Assembly: GCA_963575745.1 (NCBI GenBank)
Contig: CAUYUJ010000059.1
Span: 124,001 to 188,000, forward strand
Direction of reading: 5' to 3'
Length of the DNA: 64,000 nucleotides
Origin: Prorocentrum cordatum
Taxonomy: Eukaryota
Both the position numbers and the translations under genes were made by a program. The notes beneath the pieces are model-generated. The model had not been told where the DNA came from, searched no databases, and worked only from the letters and a program-made list of their open reading frames with translations. Shown here piece by piece: positions 22,700 through 43,620 of this stretch. How positions within the stretch are numbered: position 1 is the first letter of the stretch; each line of letters begins with the position of its first letter.

Positions 22700-23606
22700 G
22701 TCTGTGTGTGTGTTTGTCTGTGTCTGTGTCTGTGTCTGTGTTTGCGCGTGTACTATGTCTCTGTGTGTGTGTGTTATGTCTGTGTGTGTGTTCTGTATGT
22801 GTATGTGTGTTGCGTCTGTGTGTGAGTGAGTGTGTGTGAGTGTGTGTGTGAGTGTGTGTGTGTGTGAGTGTGTGTGAGTGTGTGTGTTGTGTGACGTGTG
22901 TGTTGTGTGTTGTGTGTGTTTATGTGTGTGGTGTATGTGGTGTGTGTGAGGTGTGTGGGTGTGTGTGTGTGTGCTGTGCGTGTTGTGCGTGGTGTGCGTG
23001 TTGTGTGTGCGTGCTTGTGTGTTGTGTTTGGTGTGCGTGTGTGTGGTGTGTAAGGTGCGTGTGTGTGTGGTGTGCGTGTTGTGTGTTGTGTGTTGTGGTG
23101 TTGCGTGTGTTGTGTGTTGCGTGTGTTGCGTGTGTTGTGTGTTGTGTATGCTGTGTATGTTGTGTATGTTGTGTGCGGCGGGCGGGCGGGCGGGCGTGCG
23201 TGCGTGTGCGTGGGTGTGCATGGGTGTGCGTGGATGTGTGTGTGTGTGCGTGTGTGTGTGTTGTGTGTTGTGTGTGTGTGTGTGTGTGTGTTTGGGTGTT
23301 GTGTGTTGTGTGTTGTGTGTTGTGTGTGTGTGTTTGCGTGTTCGTGTGTTTGTGTGTGTGCGCCCGTACCCTTCTGCATCGAGCTCTGGCTCGAGCCCAT
23401 TGCTTTCTTTCACAGTATGTCCGCCGCCCGGGGCGATGGCTCCGTCGCCGCGCGGAGGAGACTCTTCCGCCCACCGCTCCCTTGGCCGGTCTTCCCCGCC
23501 GCTGTTCAGCTGAGTGAGGACCGCGTCGCCGCCTGGCGTCCCTGCGCCCACTGCGGGGTCCACAACTGGCTGGCCTGCCCCGCCCGGTGAGCATCGAGGA
23601 AGGGCT

Positions 23607-23659
<53 letters not shown>

Positions 23660-23862
23660 GGGGTTTGGGTGGGTGGGTGGGTGGGTGGGGGTGAAGGGTG
23701 GGTTGGTGTGCGAAGGGTGGGTGGGTAGGTGGTGGGTGCGTGGTGGGTGGGTGGGTGGGTGGTGGATGGGAAGGATGGAGGGAGGGATGGAGGGTGGGTG
23801 GGTGGTGGGTGGATGGGTTGGGTGGGTGGGTGGGTGGGTGGGTGGGTGGGTGTGGGTGGGTG
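22700..23862. repeat. Degenerate (GT)n 22700-23360, (GGTGTC)n 23607-23658, (GGGT)n 23660-23862
   Basis: Seen directly. Confidence 0.95.
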
Positions 23863-24155
23863 TCAGGTCTTCACAGGACAAATCCTGCCACACGGTCACA
23901 CTGGGCCAATTGTGAACGCAGCTATGAGATGTCAATCTCCACCAGTAAAGCACCACGCGTTGTTATGCCAAGCGCATCGTATTTCAAGTCGCTCGGAAGA
24001 GTTGAAAAGATATGTACTCATCACGTGCGAAGATAAGGATCCATACGCGCTCTGGTTGGCGTCGCCAGTATGTATGCGTGCTAGGTGGTTTGCTCAGTTA
24101 GGTAGGGCTGGCCACGCATGGTTGTTCGATTCGACGCCAATGGCTTTGGCGGTCG

Positions 24156-25955
24156 ATGTGTTCAAGCATGGGAACTTCCATGGGCTACCGAGCTGCTTCC
24201 GGCCGAAACGCAGCCCCGTTACTCACGCTGCCGTGTATGCACCCGACTGGAAAGCGGAAGGGTTGGTCAGCATTCCCCGATCTGTATTTGAATAACCAGT
24301 TGGGCCAGTCTATACACACGTGTTCCGAACAAGGCCACGCGTGCATGAGGAGCATATGTTCGTTTGCGCGGATGGCGTCTAAGAACACATGGCGCTTGTT
24401 CGGCAAACCTTTCAATTTTGTCGTTCGTTATGTCTTCGATGGGGGTTGGGCATTCTCGAACTTGGAATGTGCGCCGGCGGAGCTATCGCAGGCGATTTCT
24501 CGCCTCGAGCCCGCAGGCCGCCTTCATGATGCAGCTCCGTTCTCATGTCGCCGATGCGGGTCTTCGCTTTCGTCCCCGACAGTTGGCGTGGCCGATGCCC
24601 CTCAAGCGTTCGAGGGTCTGTCATCAGGCAGCATCGAGGATACCTTGACGTTCTTGTTCGCCCAGGCCCGCTGTCACATCACAACCGGGACGATCAGCGT
24701 CGCAAAATGCAAATTTTTCACAGTGGCTTGCGGGGGTAACCCGAAAGAAAAAAAAAGAGACCGGCACGTCATCTTTCCCAGCACGCTTGAACGCGTTGTA
24801 CGATTGTATTTGCAGCTACGGTTGTATAGAGTTGGGAAGAAGATCTGGCGGCAGATATCCCGCGTACCCATTGGCGGTCCGATCAGCAATAGCATGTTCG
24901 ACGCTGTCTGCATGTACCAAGAGTTCAAGTATGACCGCAGTCATCCCGCCAGGAGTTCGAAGCCTGCCGCAGGCCGCTACACCGATGATGCATTCGGGCC
25001 AGAAGGTCAAACACAGATAATCAACGATTGTGCCATCCTGCAATACTCAGATTTCACCATACACAGGGATTGGAACCGTATTTTGATCACGCATTTGCAT
25101 AAGAATTTCGATGTTGCGTTCAGTGGCGATATGTCGAAAATGAAGGAAACGTCACTCGCACCTTCCACATGTATATTCGACAGCAACGTCAGATTGAGAC
25201 ACAGGTCTGAACTATTTGGCCGGCTGCGGAGATGGGAACTTGCGAAAGATAATCTGTTGAACATGATCATGCCCATCATTTCTGACATAGTATTGTACAT
25301 CAGATTTGGGTATAATGTGAAACATATTCGTGCCTTTTGGCGTGGTGTGCCCCTTGACGAACACGTCCGCGAGAGGGTGTGGCGGCGCTTGGATGCCATT
25401 GCCTGTTCTTGCAAACGCTTGCCCCTGGGTGAAAGCCAGCAGGTGCAGAAGTTAGAACGGCCGCTCCAGATGTGCATCGGGGCGACATTGGCCGTCATGA
25501 GCGGCAGGACGTCATGCATGGGTTCGGATGTGTGTGATCCTTTGTGGGCGACCCGTCAAAGCAGCGCACCAGCTTTACCTGCGAGGGCGCTCGCGCATGC
25601 ATTATGCGATCTGTTTGAATCGTTCGGGGCCAGCCGTGCGAGGCCAGGCGAGTCAAGTCTCGAGGTAGTTTTCGCGTTGACCACCCTCACCAGATTGGCC
25701 GACCTGGTGGAGCCTAGGGGACAGGATCGCCATTGCACTATTGGATTCTTCGCGTGGTTTGCCTACCCACCTCATCTGGGAGGATTTACGTATGCATGGA
25801 CTGCTCACGACAAGCCAGCAAATGTGCGACGCCCGAGCCTCTGGAGAGTACCGCTCTCATCGTCCAGAGGCTGTTGTCTCACAGTCGATTCAGTATTTTC
25901 GTGTGCCGTTCGTTGCGAAGCCGATTGTATTTTCGATTTGCAACACGTTGTATGA
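24156..25955 (+). mobile_element. Penelope-like retroelement reverse transcriptase frame, probably decayed
   Basis: The 599-codon frame has RT motifs in order: RSICS, VADAPQAF (Asp codon 24594), YRVGKKIWRQISRVPIGGPIS (~24825-24887), RYTDD (24975-24989), then LYIRFGY resembling the PLE C-terminal helix region; conserved G replaced by R in motif B; start codon uncertain. Confidence 0.7.
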
Positions 25956-26207
25956 TCCGTAACCGCTATGGCTCAAAATCCGCGTGGGCCGAGTTCATTG
26001 TTAGAGCCAGTCTCTTCCGTGGGGTGCTTTGCGTAAAGTTCCGGTCCAGGCTTCACGTTGCAGGTAGGACCCAGCAGGTTTGCAACGACCCGTCGGCAGT
26101 GAACCGTGTTGCAAAAACATAAACATTAGCATAGATATCACCATTGATATTTGATCATCCATGTCATCGAGTGCTACTTGGTGTGTAGATCAGCGTTACT
26201 TCCACTC

Positions 26208-26630
26208 AGTGTGTGTGTGGGTGTGATGTGAGTGTGTGTGGGTGTGTGTATGTGTGTGTGTGTTGGTGTGTGTGTTTGTGTTTGTGTGTGCTTGTGTGTG
26301 CTTGTGTGTGCTTGTGTGTTTGTGTGTGTGTTTGTGTTTGTGCGTGTTTGTGTTTGTCTGTGTGTGTTTGTGTGTGTGCTTGTGTGTGCGTTGTTTTTGT
26401 GTGTGTGTGTGTTTGTGTGTGTTTGCGTGTTTGTGTGTTTGGTTGTGGTTGTGCTTGTGTGTTTTGTGTGTTTGGGGTGTGTCTGTGCGTGTTTGTCTGT
26501 GCGTCTTTGTGTTTGTGTGTGTGTTTTTGTGTTTGTGTGTGTGGGAGGGGGGGAGGGGGGGTGTTCTTGTGGTTGCGATGGCGATTGTGATTGTGGCTGT
26601 GATTGTGATTGTGTGTGCGTGTGCGTGTGC
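26208..26630. repeat. Degenerate (GT)n / (GTTTGT)n microsatellite
   Basis: Seen directly. Confidence 0.95.
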
Positions 26631-26925
26631 AGCCATTGGGGCCATTTCTGGCAAAAAGAGGGCGGTCCCAAGTGACCCTTGTCGCAGGGGCCGAGGGAGC
26701 TTCACTCAGCGGGTCCAGGTGGTAGCACAGGCTACCCAGCCCGGGCTTCCGAAAACCTTTCGAAGACATCCGAAACGTGCGAACGACCCGAGGGACCGCC
26801 GAGCACAATCGACAGCCGCCGAACACGCCCGACCACCTCCTCGCTCGCGCCAGGGGCGGCCGACGAGAACGGTGATGACGGTGATGACGACGAACACGAC
26901 GACGCCGACGCCGCCACGGCCGACA

Positions 26926-26969
<44 letters not shown>

Positions 26970-27090
26970 CTCCACTTCAGCTCTCGCGCCGGCCGCTGGC
27001 CGTGGTCGCGCTGGGGCCAGCGTTCTGGTTGGCGGCATCGCTTGCGGCCCTGGTGCTGGAGGCGCCGCATCGTGGAGGGAGAAGGGAGGA

Positions 27091-27259
27091 TCGGCCACGC
27101 GCGCAAAGGGGGGTAGGCGGAGGGGGGAAGCCTACTCAGAAACACCCGTGCCTCTCCGAAGGCGAAGGCCTGATCCGTAGACGTGGGGCCGGCGCCTTCT
27201 CAGAAGCTGCCTCTGTCTAAGAAGCTTTCCCTTCCCTACCCCCTTGCGCGCGCCGCCAA
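27091..27259. mobile_element. MITE family I, ~45-bp imperfect TIR, TCGG...CCAA termini
   Basis: TCGGCCACGCGCGCAAAGGGGGGTAGGCGGAGGGGGAAGC inverted against GCTTTCCCTTCCCTACCCCCTTGCGCGCGCCGCCAA; flanks GAGGA / GGAGG, TSD register uncertain. Confidence 0.7.
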
Positions 27260-28533
27260 GGAGGGACGATCTCTTCAGAGGCAACGTTAGGGTGGGATCG
27301 GCTCAGGGCGGGGGGGGGCACCGACCTCCACTCGCCTGTCCATTGCCGATAGGGGCCCGATAGCCCACCCAAGCCAGGAACGTTCGGTCTCGCGATCGGA
27401 GGACCATCGCCGATCCATCGGCGACGTCTCGCCGCCTCCAGGGCGATGCTTCCCCCAAAGAACTGGGTCCCCCCCCCCCCGACGTTCCCCCTCATCTTTC
27501 CCTCTGCGCTCCGCGAGAGGCCCCCCGGCACAGAAGTTGCGGCAGGCGGGCTCTTTCTCTTCCGCCCCACCCTCGGCATCCTCAGCCTCCCCTCCCCCAC
27601 GTCCTCCTCCCTGGCCGGTTTTTGGCGCGGTGGAGTTCCCTCCCCATCAGTCTGGAGGTTGGGAGTCTTCGGGGACGAGCTCAGGTTTCTGCCATTACGG
27701 CAAGGCCAAGGCGGCTGGCTTGTACCGATCTGGGCATGTGGGGGCCTGCCTCGGTCCCCGCTGCCGTCGGAAAGCAGCCCAGGATGGAGAACCGGTCCTG
27801 GGGAAAAGGTGGAGCGTTTTGGCTGCCCACGTCTGAAACAAAGTCGTGACGTTGGAGCTGTGGGAGAAGGAGGAGGAAGAGGAGCTGGAGGAAGAGGAGC
27901 TGGAGGAAGAGGGAGAAAAAAAAAGGAGGCGGATGAGGAAGAGGGAGGAGGAGGAGGAGGATGAGAAGAGGGGGAGGAGGAGGACGACGAGGAGGAAGAG
28001 GAGGAGGAGGAGGAGCAGGAGGAGGAGGAGGTTGGGGACAGAGAGGGAGGAGGAGGAGGAGGAGGAGGAGGAGCAGGAGGAGGAGGAGGAGGAGGAGGAG
28101 GATTACGGGGTGGGCCTCTTGTGGCCTCCTGGAGGGTCCTCGCGGCCACAGGTGCATCCGTTTCGACATCCTGTCTAGAACGCGCTGGTTGAGATGTCCA
28201 TGGGTCGGTTTCGAGGTCGTCGTCGACGACGTCTTTCCTCGTCATGGTCGCCGTCGTCGTCGTCGTTGTCCCAGGGGAGGAGGCGGGGGAAGGATAAAGT
28301 CGCATCCGTCCCTGCCCCGCCGAAACCCTCCATCCTCCAGCTCCTCCTCGTCCTGCTTATTTCCGTTCTTCCGATGCGTTCTGGCTCCCAGGCCCGCAAC
28401 GTCTGCTCGGTCTCTCGGCTTGGATTGATCATTGGGCTCTAGGGTCATCGATTCGACCACGCATACCCTTCCCCCTTCCTGACGTCGTTTGTATTATGCG
28501 GCCATCAAGACGAGGGCCTGTGAACCTTTTTAG

Positions 28534-28990
28534 GACGAGGGGAGTCGCACTGTATGTAAAAAGGGCGCCAGAGGAAGATGGAGCAGAAGAGAGCAACTGA
28601 CTTGCAACAAGAGCAGATCCCAGGCGTTCGAGGAAGCCCAGCCTCCGCCCGACCCACCCCAGGGTTGGAGGCGAGGGGGGCTATGCGGCCTCCAGGCGAG
28701 GGCCTGTTAACTTTTTACGACGAGGGGAGTCGCATTGTATGTAAAAAGGACGCCAGGGGAAGATGGAGCAGAAGAGAGCAACTGACTTGCAAGAGCAGAT
28801 CCCAGGCGTTCGAGGAAGCCCAGCCTCCGCCCGACCCACACGACGAGGGGAGTCGCATTGTATGTAAAAAGGACGCCAGGGGAAGATGGAGCAGAAGAGA
28901 GCGACTGGCTTGCAAGAGCAGATCCCAGGCGTTCGAGGAAGCCCCGCCTCCGCCCGACCCACCCCAGGGTTGGAGGCGAGGGGGGCTAAG
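28534..28990. repeat. Three-copy tandem repeat with a ~120-bp core
   Basis: GACGAGGGGAGTCGCA.TGTATGTAAAAAGG.CGCCAG.GGAAGATGGAGCAGAAGAGAGC...CCTCCGCCCGACCCAC starting at ~28534, ~28718, ~28842. Confidence 0.92.
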
Positions 28991-30848
28991 AAGGAGAGGC
29001 GCGCGACCGCGAACGATGTCAACATCCTCCTCCTCTTCTTCCTCCTCCTCCTCCTCCTCCTCCATGTCTTCTCCTCCTCCTCCTTTTCTCCTCCTCCTCC
29101 TCCTCAGGTGGTGGTCCTTGGCTGCCCTGTCTGTGCCCATGCCCCCATGCCCCCCCCCCCAGAGCACGCTGGGGCGCGGGCGCCAACACAGCGTCTGCTT
29201 GACAACCTGTCTGGCGCGGCAGAGCCGGGGAACCTCGGTGAGGGGGCGCGTCGGGCTGGGCGCGATCGGTTTCGCCGACGAGCCACGGGGGATTGGGTTC
29301 AACCCAGGGGCGCAGGGCCGATCGAAGGCTTATGATCGACCGGCAAGCGAGGATCCAGGACCGATCGAAGACCAAAGACCCGGGCCTGATCGAGAATTAC
29401 GTAGGGGTCCAGGATCGGGGATGGGTCGAATATCGAGGAGCCAGGATCGATCGAAAGTCGAGGATCCACGCTCGAGGATCGACGAGCCAGGATCATGGAT
29501 CATCAGAGCGTGAATTACCTACCCCGCTTTCGCTTCCAGGCAAAACCAAGTCATACTATACGCCTCCTCGTTTGGCATCGCTTGTTATCTCTTGGAAGCG
29601 AGGGTGGTCAAAAGCGAGGTAGGTTTGTTTGCCCCCTAGATCAGGTGGGCTCCTGGCGGCGACGAGTTTTGGACGACACGGCGATGGACCGGGGGTCAAT
29701 GCGGGCCCCAGAAGTGAGAGAGTTGGCGGGGCGGGGCTGGCGATGGCGACGAGGCGTGGGGAGCCACAGCGAGGGGGCACGGGAGCAGATGGGGCCAATG
29801 ACGGCCACAAGATTTGAGGGGGGACGCCGACCCAGGACCTCCCGCCGTCGTGATTGTTTGTCAACCCCTGCGTTGAGGCCCCAATTTTGGCCTGCGGAGG
29901 CCCGTTTCGGGCACCAGGATTCTGAATGGACGACCTATGATGAAAACAGGGTCCCGGGACAGGGTCGAGAGGTCTGGTGGCCACGCATCACAGAAACTAC
30001 GACGCCCGAGGTCTGGGGAAGGGCATGGCACAGGGTCATGCGGGGCGAGAGGTTGCCGCGATGCGGGAGCAACGCAGGGTCGCGGAGCTGGCTGGGGCGA
30101 TCGGCGTTGGCGAGTTGCGTGGGGCGGTCAGCGTCGTTGAACCGATCCCCATGCCCATCCCCATCCCGATCCCCACCATCCCACCACTGGGCATGTGCCC
30201 CTCGAAACCCGAAGGGAAGAGCCCGCATCCCCACCCGAAACCGGCCAGTGCGGCCCAGGCCACGCCGGTGGGGACAGGGATCGGTTCAACGATGCTCGGC
30301 CGGGGAGCGGGGCGGCCGGGGCGGGGGCGTGCGCCTCGGCGGGGCTTCTGGCGGCAGTGGGCGGTGGCGGGCGCGGCGCCGCAGCAGCACGCCGGGCGGG
30401 GCCCACGGCGACAACGGGGCTCGGGCGGCACATCCGTGGGGCCGAAGTCGGTGGCCGTGTCTCGGGTGGCATCTCGAGGCACCCCGCAACGGCGGCGCAG
30501 ATGTGACGCCTGGGGCGCGTCTGTGCTGCCATTCGTGCTGCGAGGTCCACCTGCATGTGGATTCACGCAGGCACCTTGGGCACCTCTCTTCGGGGTGTGT
30601 CGCCCAGGTGTTCTGTCTGGGCACAAAAAAGTGACATGAGCGGAAGTACTGTCTGTTTCAGAAGGGGGAAGTCCTGGCAGCATCTCCGGACCGATGTCGC
30701 TGCTCGCAGTCCACTGGCACGCGCGGGCGTGTTTTGCCATCACCGCTCCTCCCCGTGAGCCATGGAAGGCGCTGGCTCGCGCGGCCGCCTGCTGCCCAGC
30801 CTGCAAGCGAGCACCGGACCGGCGAGGGAAGGGTGGGATGGGTTGTGA

Positions 30849-31032
30849 TCGATTACGCGTAAGAGTGACCCTTCGCTGGAGTGACCATTGGTGCGAGCCC
30901 ATTGGGCCCCCCCGATCGCCGCGCGCGATGCGATAGCAGCGGCCTGCGCGCTTGCGTTTGGCCCCCTCGCGCCCCCCAAAAGTCTCGCAGCAAATGTCAC
31001 TCTTACCTAAGGTCGCTCTCGCGCGCAGCCGA
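30849..31032. mobile_element. MITE family G, copy 2; 5-bp TSD TGTGA / TTTGA
   Basis: TCGATTACGCGTAAGAGTGACC ... GGTCGCTCTCGCGCGCAGCCGA; collinear with 17632-17823. Confidence 0.85.
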
Positions 31033-31400
31033 TTTGAGGACTCGGGAGAGGCAGGCTCGCTTCCCTCCAAGGATGCAGATCCGTGCACGTTTCGCTCCCA
31101 CTGCCGTGGGCCAAGCATTACACGAGTCAGAAGAAACATCCAACCGCTTCAGCGTGTACTCAACGCGCACGCGTTTGTAGAATCATGCACGAGCATGCGT
31201 ATTGATAGCAGGGTGTCACAATCAGTTACGACGTGACACGCCTTGGATCGCGTGGGTGTCTCCGCACTGCGCGGAAGCTGCTGCAACATGCCGCGCCTGC
31301 GCGCACTGGGATGTTGCCATACTTCGTCTCGCTTTCGCACCATGCCGCGAACATGTCTGCATTTTTGCATTGCGTAGCTTGCACCTTCCTTACGGCGGGC

Positions 31401-39055
<7,655 letters not shown>

Positions 39056-39759
39056 GGAGTTGCCTTTGTGGGTTTTCGGGCCCGCCTGTCTGGCTCGGGC
39101 CCCGAATTCCGAACAGGTCATCCCTCTGTCGCCGCCTCTGTGGATCTCTTCCCTCGGAGTTCTTCTTTTGGGCTCCGTTTCGTACGCCTCGTCTGGACAA
39201 GTTGTGACGGAGCCGTTTGGCGTCGTTCGCCTCTGGATGCGTTGGGAGGAGGGCGCTTGGAAAAAGAATGGGCAACTGTTGTCGTCTGAAGCTAGCGGCG
39301 CGCGGGGTAGAACAGGGCATCAGGATAGCACGGGTTTTGAGCAGGTTTTGGTTGGCGAAGTGTTCGGTGGCGTTGATCGGGTGGCACGTTAAGGGCGGCC
39401 GTATTGATGAAGCCGCCATGAGCATTGCACGGTGGCTGAAAGTGCAAGGGAAATTCGCCGGGAGGCATTCACACGCCCTTGTTTCAGAAGGCGCCGTTGT
39501 TGCTTCTTTTGGTGTGGAGTTGCTTGTTTTTTCGAAGTTGGGCTTTGCCTGAATAGTTCCCAAGGGCCCCGTGGGATTCCGAAAGGGTTGCCTGGGAAGG
39601 GTGCCAGGGGTGTCCCCGGCGGATCCTGAAGAGTTGGTGTTGTTTGGGTTTGATTGTGTTGATGTGTAGTGCGCAGTGTGTGTATGTGTGTGTTGCTTGG
39701 CCTTGTCTGTTCTTTGATTGATTACGGTCCCTCGTCTCGGCTCATCTACCTTGCGCTGG

Positions 39760-40440
39760 TGTATGCAATACCATGCAACGATACGATGTGAGATACAACG
39801 CCACGCTGCGCAATGCAGTGCCAGTGTATGCTAGGATTCAGTGAGCAATGCTTCTCCCTACCTTCGGGCTGCCCAGGGAAGCGTCCTTGCAGGTATAGTA
39901 CATGATGCCATGTGATATATACTGGTATCCGGAGTATTGCTATGCACTGCCGCGCTAAGATAGGCCATGCTGAGCTTTGCATTGATACGCTTTTCAATTG
40001 GATGCAATGCTATGGTCCCTACGATAGCCTGCACTATGCTGCGGCGCTGCTATGTGTTGTTGATCATATACCATGCAGCTATACGGCATGATGTGATAAG
40101 CACAATGGCGCAACGTTGTGCCACACGGCGCTATGCCATGCATCGTATCCCAATGTTGTGCAAGCGTGTGTTTCGCAATCCAGCGCTGTGTTATGCATGA
40201 CCATACCTTGCAATGCTATGATGTGTGATACCTTATGCGATGTCATGGTGCGTTGTGCCATGGTGTTCTCTGCTATGTCATGCAATGTACTGGTTGGTAT
40301 GCTATGTCCGTTACGCTGGGTTGCACAAAACTAGCATTGTCAATCATGCTACACAGGTTATGTAATGCTACGCAACACTATTCAGTACCATGATATGCTA
40401 TGCCATAGTGTCATGGGCGATTCAGTGCAACGAATTGTTA
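39760..40440. repeat. Highly decayed short-period (TGCTA/ATGCA-like) satellite
   Basis: Dense ATGC, TGCTATG and CCATG motifs; lower GC than the flanks. Confidence 0.55.
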
Positions 40441-40906
40441 TGCTGGGTATACATACACTTTGACACACACGCACGCACATGATCTCAGTGCTTGCGCATG
40501 GTTGTCTGGGGCTGGCCAGCTTCCATCGCCGTCCGTTTGCTCAAAATTCTTAGTGATTTGACAAGAACGCCCACCCTTCGTCTGGAGCACCAGATCGCCA
40601 CATCCAGTGCCGCGGCAGAGGACCGTGCTTGATTCCTGGGGGCGGCTGGTGAGTGAGGAGCTGCCGTCGGAAGGTGACGAGTTCGGGCGCAGCGGGCAGG
40701 CCGAGAGTTTCGATGAGGCACCGCCGGGCGAGTTGCGCGTATACGAGCAGGTTCCCCGGGGAAGGCGGCGCGACGACGGGCTGCCCGTTCGGGATATCCT
40801 GGGCGTGCTGCCGAGTTGGGGCACGAAGCGCCTTCGCCACCTCGGAAGGAGGTGGCGCCTCGGCTGAAGATCCCGCCAGACGTGCTGCCATCGATGATCG
40901 TCGGTA

Positions 40907-41082
40907 CAGTCGGGGCCCTGAAGAGGGAACCCTTTTCGTTGGGGAGGGGCTCCGTGTTCCTTAATTGTTTCGCAGCTTGCCTTAGGTTTTCGTTATGTTT
41001 TCGATCTGAAATCGAAGTTTAACTTATGGAAAATAGGGGCCTCGTTCCTTATTTTGTGTTCCTTAGGTCAACGCCCCGACGG
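40907..41082. mobile_element. Tc1/mariner-pogo-like MITE family A, copy 3, 176 bp
   Basis: TA|CAGTCGGGGCCCTGA ... TCAACGCCCCGACGG|TA. Confidence 0.92.
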
Positions 41083-42800
41083 TATGCGTTTGGACTTCGG
41101 TCGAGTGCGGGTCGCGCGCGTGCCGGTCGGAGCGCCCGCGGTGGAGGCGCCCCCCAGCGTGTCGGTTTCAAGTTCAGAGCCGGCCGAGAAGCACCGCGAG
41201 GCGGTGGCTCCAGGTGTGTGGGCGGAGAGTCTCGTGCGCCGCTCCCCCGGCCACGGTTGCGGAAAGGCGGCCAGCTGGGATCCCTCGCCCGTCGTGGATC
41301 CCGGCGCGGAAATCCTTAAGACGCCCGTACTACGGCTCCATTACGAGGCGTGCCTTGGCGAGTCGGTGCGCGAGCTACGGTCGCGTGGTGCCGATTCCTG
41401 TCATCGTTTTCGAGCTGAGTGCGAGGATCCTCGAGGACGACGGCCAGTCCCTGCAGGGGTGGGGCGTCGCAGAGGACGTGGGGATCGCGGCTACCAGGCG
41501 GGTTCGCGGAGGGTGCGACGCCGACGACAGCTCCGACGAGGGCATGGACGTTGCCGACGCAGTGGATTAGGGGCCGGCGCCGGGAGGCGACCTGCTGCCG
41601 ATGCCAGCGCCTGCGGCCGAAGAGCCAGTGGTGGGTTCGGCCGTCGTGGACGCGGACGGCAGCGCGTGGCTGCCTGGTCATCAAAAACCGTGATTTCGAG
41701 CCGACATCCACCGCCAGCGATGGGGAGGAGGAGGAGAAGGAGGAGGAGGAGGAGGAGGAGGACCACTTGGCCATCAGTGTGGGGCCGCCGGTGAAATGGC
41801 ACATGCAGATTACCAGGCGTCGAATGGAGGCGTCGGAGCTCGAGACCAGCGTCGCGGCAGGAGGCGTCGCGGGCGATGGAGGTGTCGACGGGCACCGTGG
41901 CTACGATCGAGTCAACCATGCGCTCCAGGCATGAGGGACCTGCTCGCCCGGGCTGCCGCGCGCCCCGCCGATCCGGGGCCGGCGTCTGGCGCCGCGAGCT
42001 CTGCAGCAGCTATTGCCGACGCCGGCACTTTGACGCGCGAGACGGCGCAGCGCGCGCCCCAGGAGGCCAGCGGGTGCCCTGACCCCGCTAGGGGCCAATG
42101 GCGAGGAAAGCGCCTCGGGGGCGGCGCCCGCCGGCCCCCCTCGCAACGAGGTCCACCCTTGCCCTGGCCGCGATGGAGCAGGTGCCCGGAGCAGCGCTGC
42201 TCGAGTTTGCTCCGCGCCCGCAGTTGGGCGAGCGCCTCGAGATTCGCCCTGGCTTGTCCCGCTCGGTTCAGCAAAGGCTGATGAAGTCGCGGCGCGGTCG
42301 CGGGCAGCTCGCCGTTGCTACGATTGGCGCCCTCAACTGGCTGCGCGGCGGCGAAGGGTGTCGCGCCGTCTTCGACGCGCGCCCAAGGGCCGCGCGGCCG
42401 GCGGCGCAGTGCAGAGGCGTTGCGCAGGCGGGCGCCGATGATGGTCGCCCGCCCGTGGATTCTCGAGAAGCCGCTCGCGTGCTTCTCCGCTCCGACCTCG
42501 GCTGCGATGGTGGGGGGTTCTATTATTGTTTCTCCTGGTGCGCATCAGCTGATGGCCATCCCGGGGCCCGTGGGGCGGCCCCGGATGGCCGCCGAGCTGC
42601 TCGGCCCCGCCGGCGCCGCGTGCCCGGGCGGGCTTCGCAGCGCCGTGATTCGCTGGGGCACGCGGGGCCAATGCGCCGCCGGCCAAGCCCTGCACGGGCC
42701 CAGCCTAGGAGCGCCCCCCGCCCCAATGCGTTGGCTTCCTTCGCCGGCGCGCTGCCAGTGGCACACTGGCACGGGCGACTAGCCCAGAGGATCGGATCAC

Positions 42801-43620
42801 CCCATCTTCGCCAGAAAGAAAAGCGGCGCCGCGAGAGTAGTTTGGGACTGCCGCGGGGTCGCCTCCATCCACGGGCCTGGCCAGCGCGGCCCGATTTGCG
42901 GACGCCGCGGCGCGCTTCGGGCCCCGAGGCGTTCATCGCCCAGGCGAACATCTCCAATTGCATCTACCATGTCGACATCTTCTCCGAGCTGTCCGCGTCT
43001 TTCGCCTCGCCCATGGTCGAAGTGGGGGCGGTCGGGGAGTTCGCCGGCTTCCCAGTCGCTCTGGCGCGGCTGCCCCGTACTCACCTGGTGGCCCCGCGCC
43101 TCGAGGCGGCGCCGGCGGGCCCTTGAGTCCGGCGTGATCTCCGCGGACATGGCGCTGGCGCGCCAAAGTCCGACCGACCCCAGAAGTCGGCCCGGGCGAG
43201 GCCCCGTCGCCGCCCCGCGCGGACAATCTCAACGCGATGGCCTTCGACCCAGACGCCGCCGGGAACGCCAGAGATCGCCTGCAAGCCCACCGCGAGGCCG
43301 CGGGGTTCAGGGTGCACGAACGGGGCGGCCCCGCCGCGGGCGCTTCCTCGCTCGGACACCGCGCCCACGGTCGTCGCCGAGACGCCGCCCCCCGTTGCCC
43401 GCGAGCAGCAGCTGGTCGAGGCCGCCGGGCGGCGGCCGCAGTCTCGCCCCAGAGCCGGCGGGCGCGAGTTGGAGCGTTGCCTCGGACATTTTGTGTCCGT
43501 CTTTGCTTGCTCGGAGAATTGCTCTCTGTCTTCCACTGCGCGTGCTCCTCCGTGGGAGATCGCCAGTCGCATCGAGGGCGTTCGCGCAGTCTCGCTGCCA
43601 TTCTGCTACGCTTGTCTTGA
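42801..43620 (+). pseudogene. Reverse transcriptase domain remnant (DIRS-type)
   Basis: PIFARKKSGAARVVWDCR (42801-42854; FxVxKKxGxxRxIxDxR), FIAQANISNCIYHV (motif A, D->N at 42947), RADNL (43216-43230; YVDN-like), GFRVHE, ERCLGH; several frameshifts. Confidence 0.8.

Noticed and set aside
29516..29625. Small TIR element TACCTACCCCGCTTT...AAAGCGAGGTAGGTT
   Set aside because: Only ~14 bp of inverted match, a single copy and no TSD; not enough to call.
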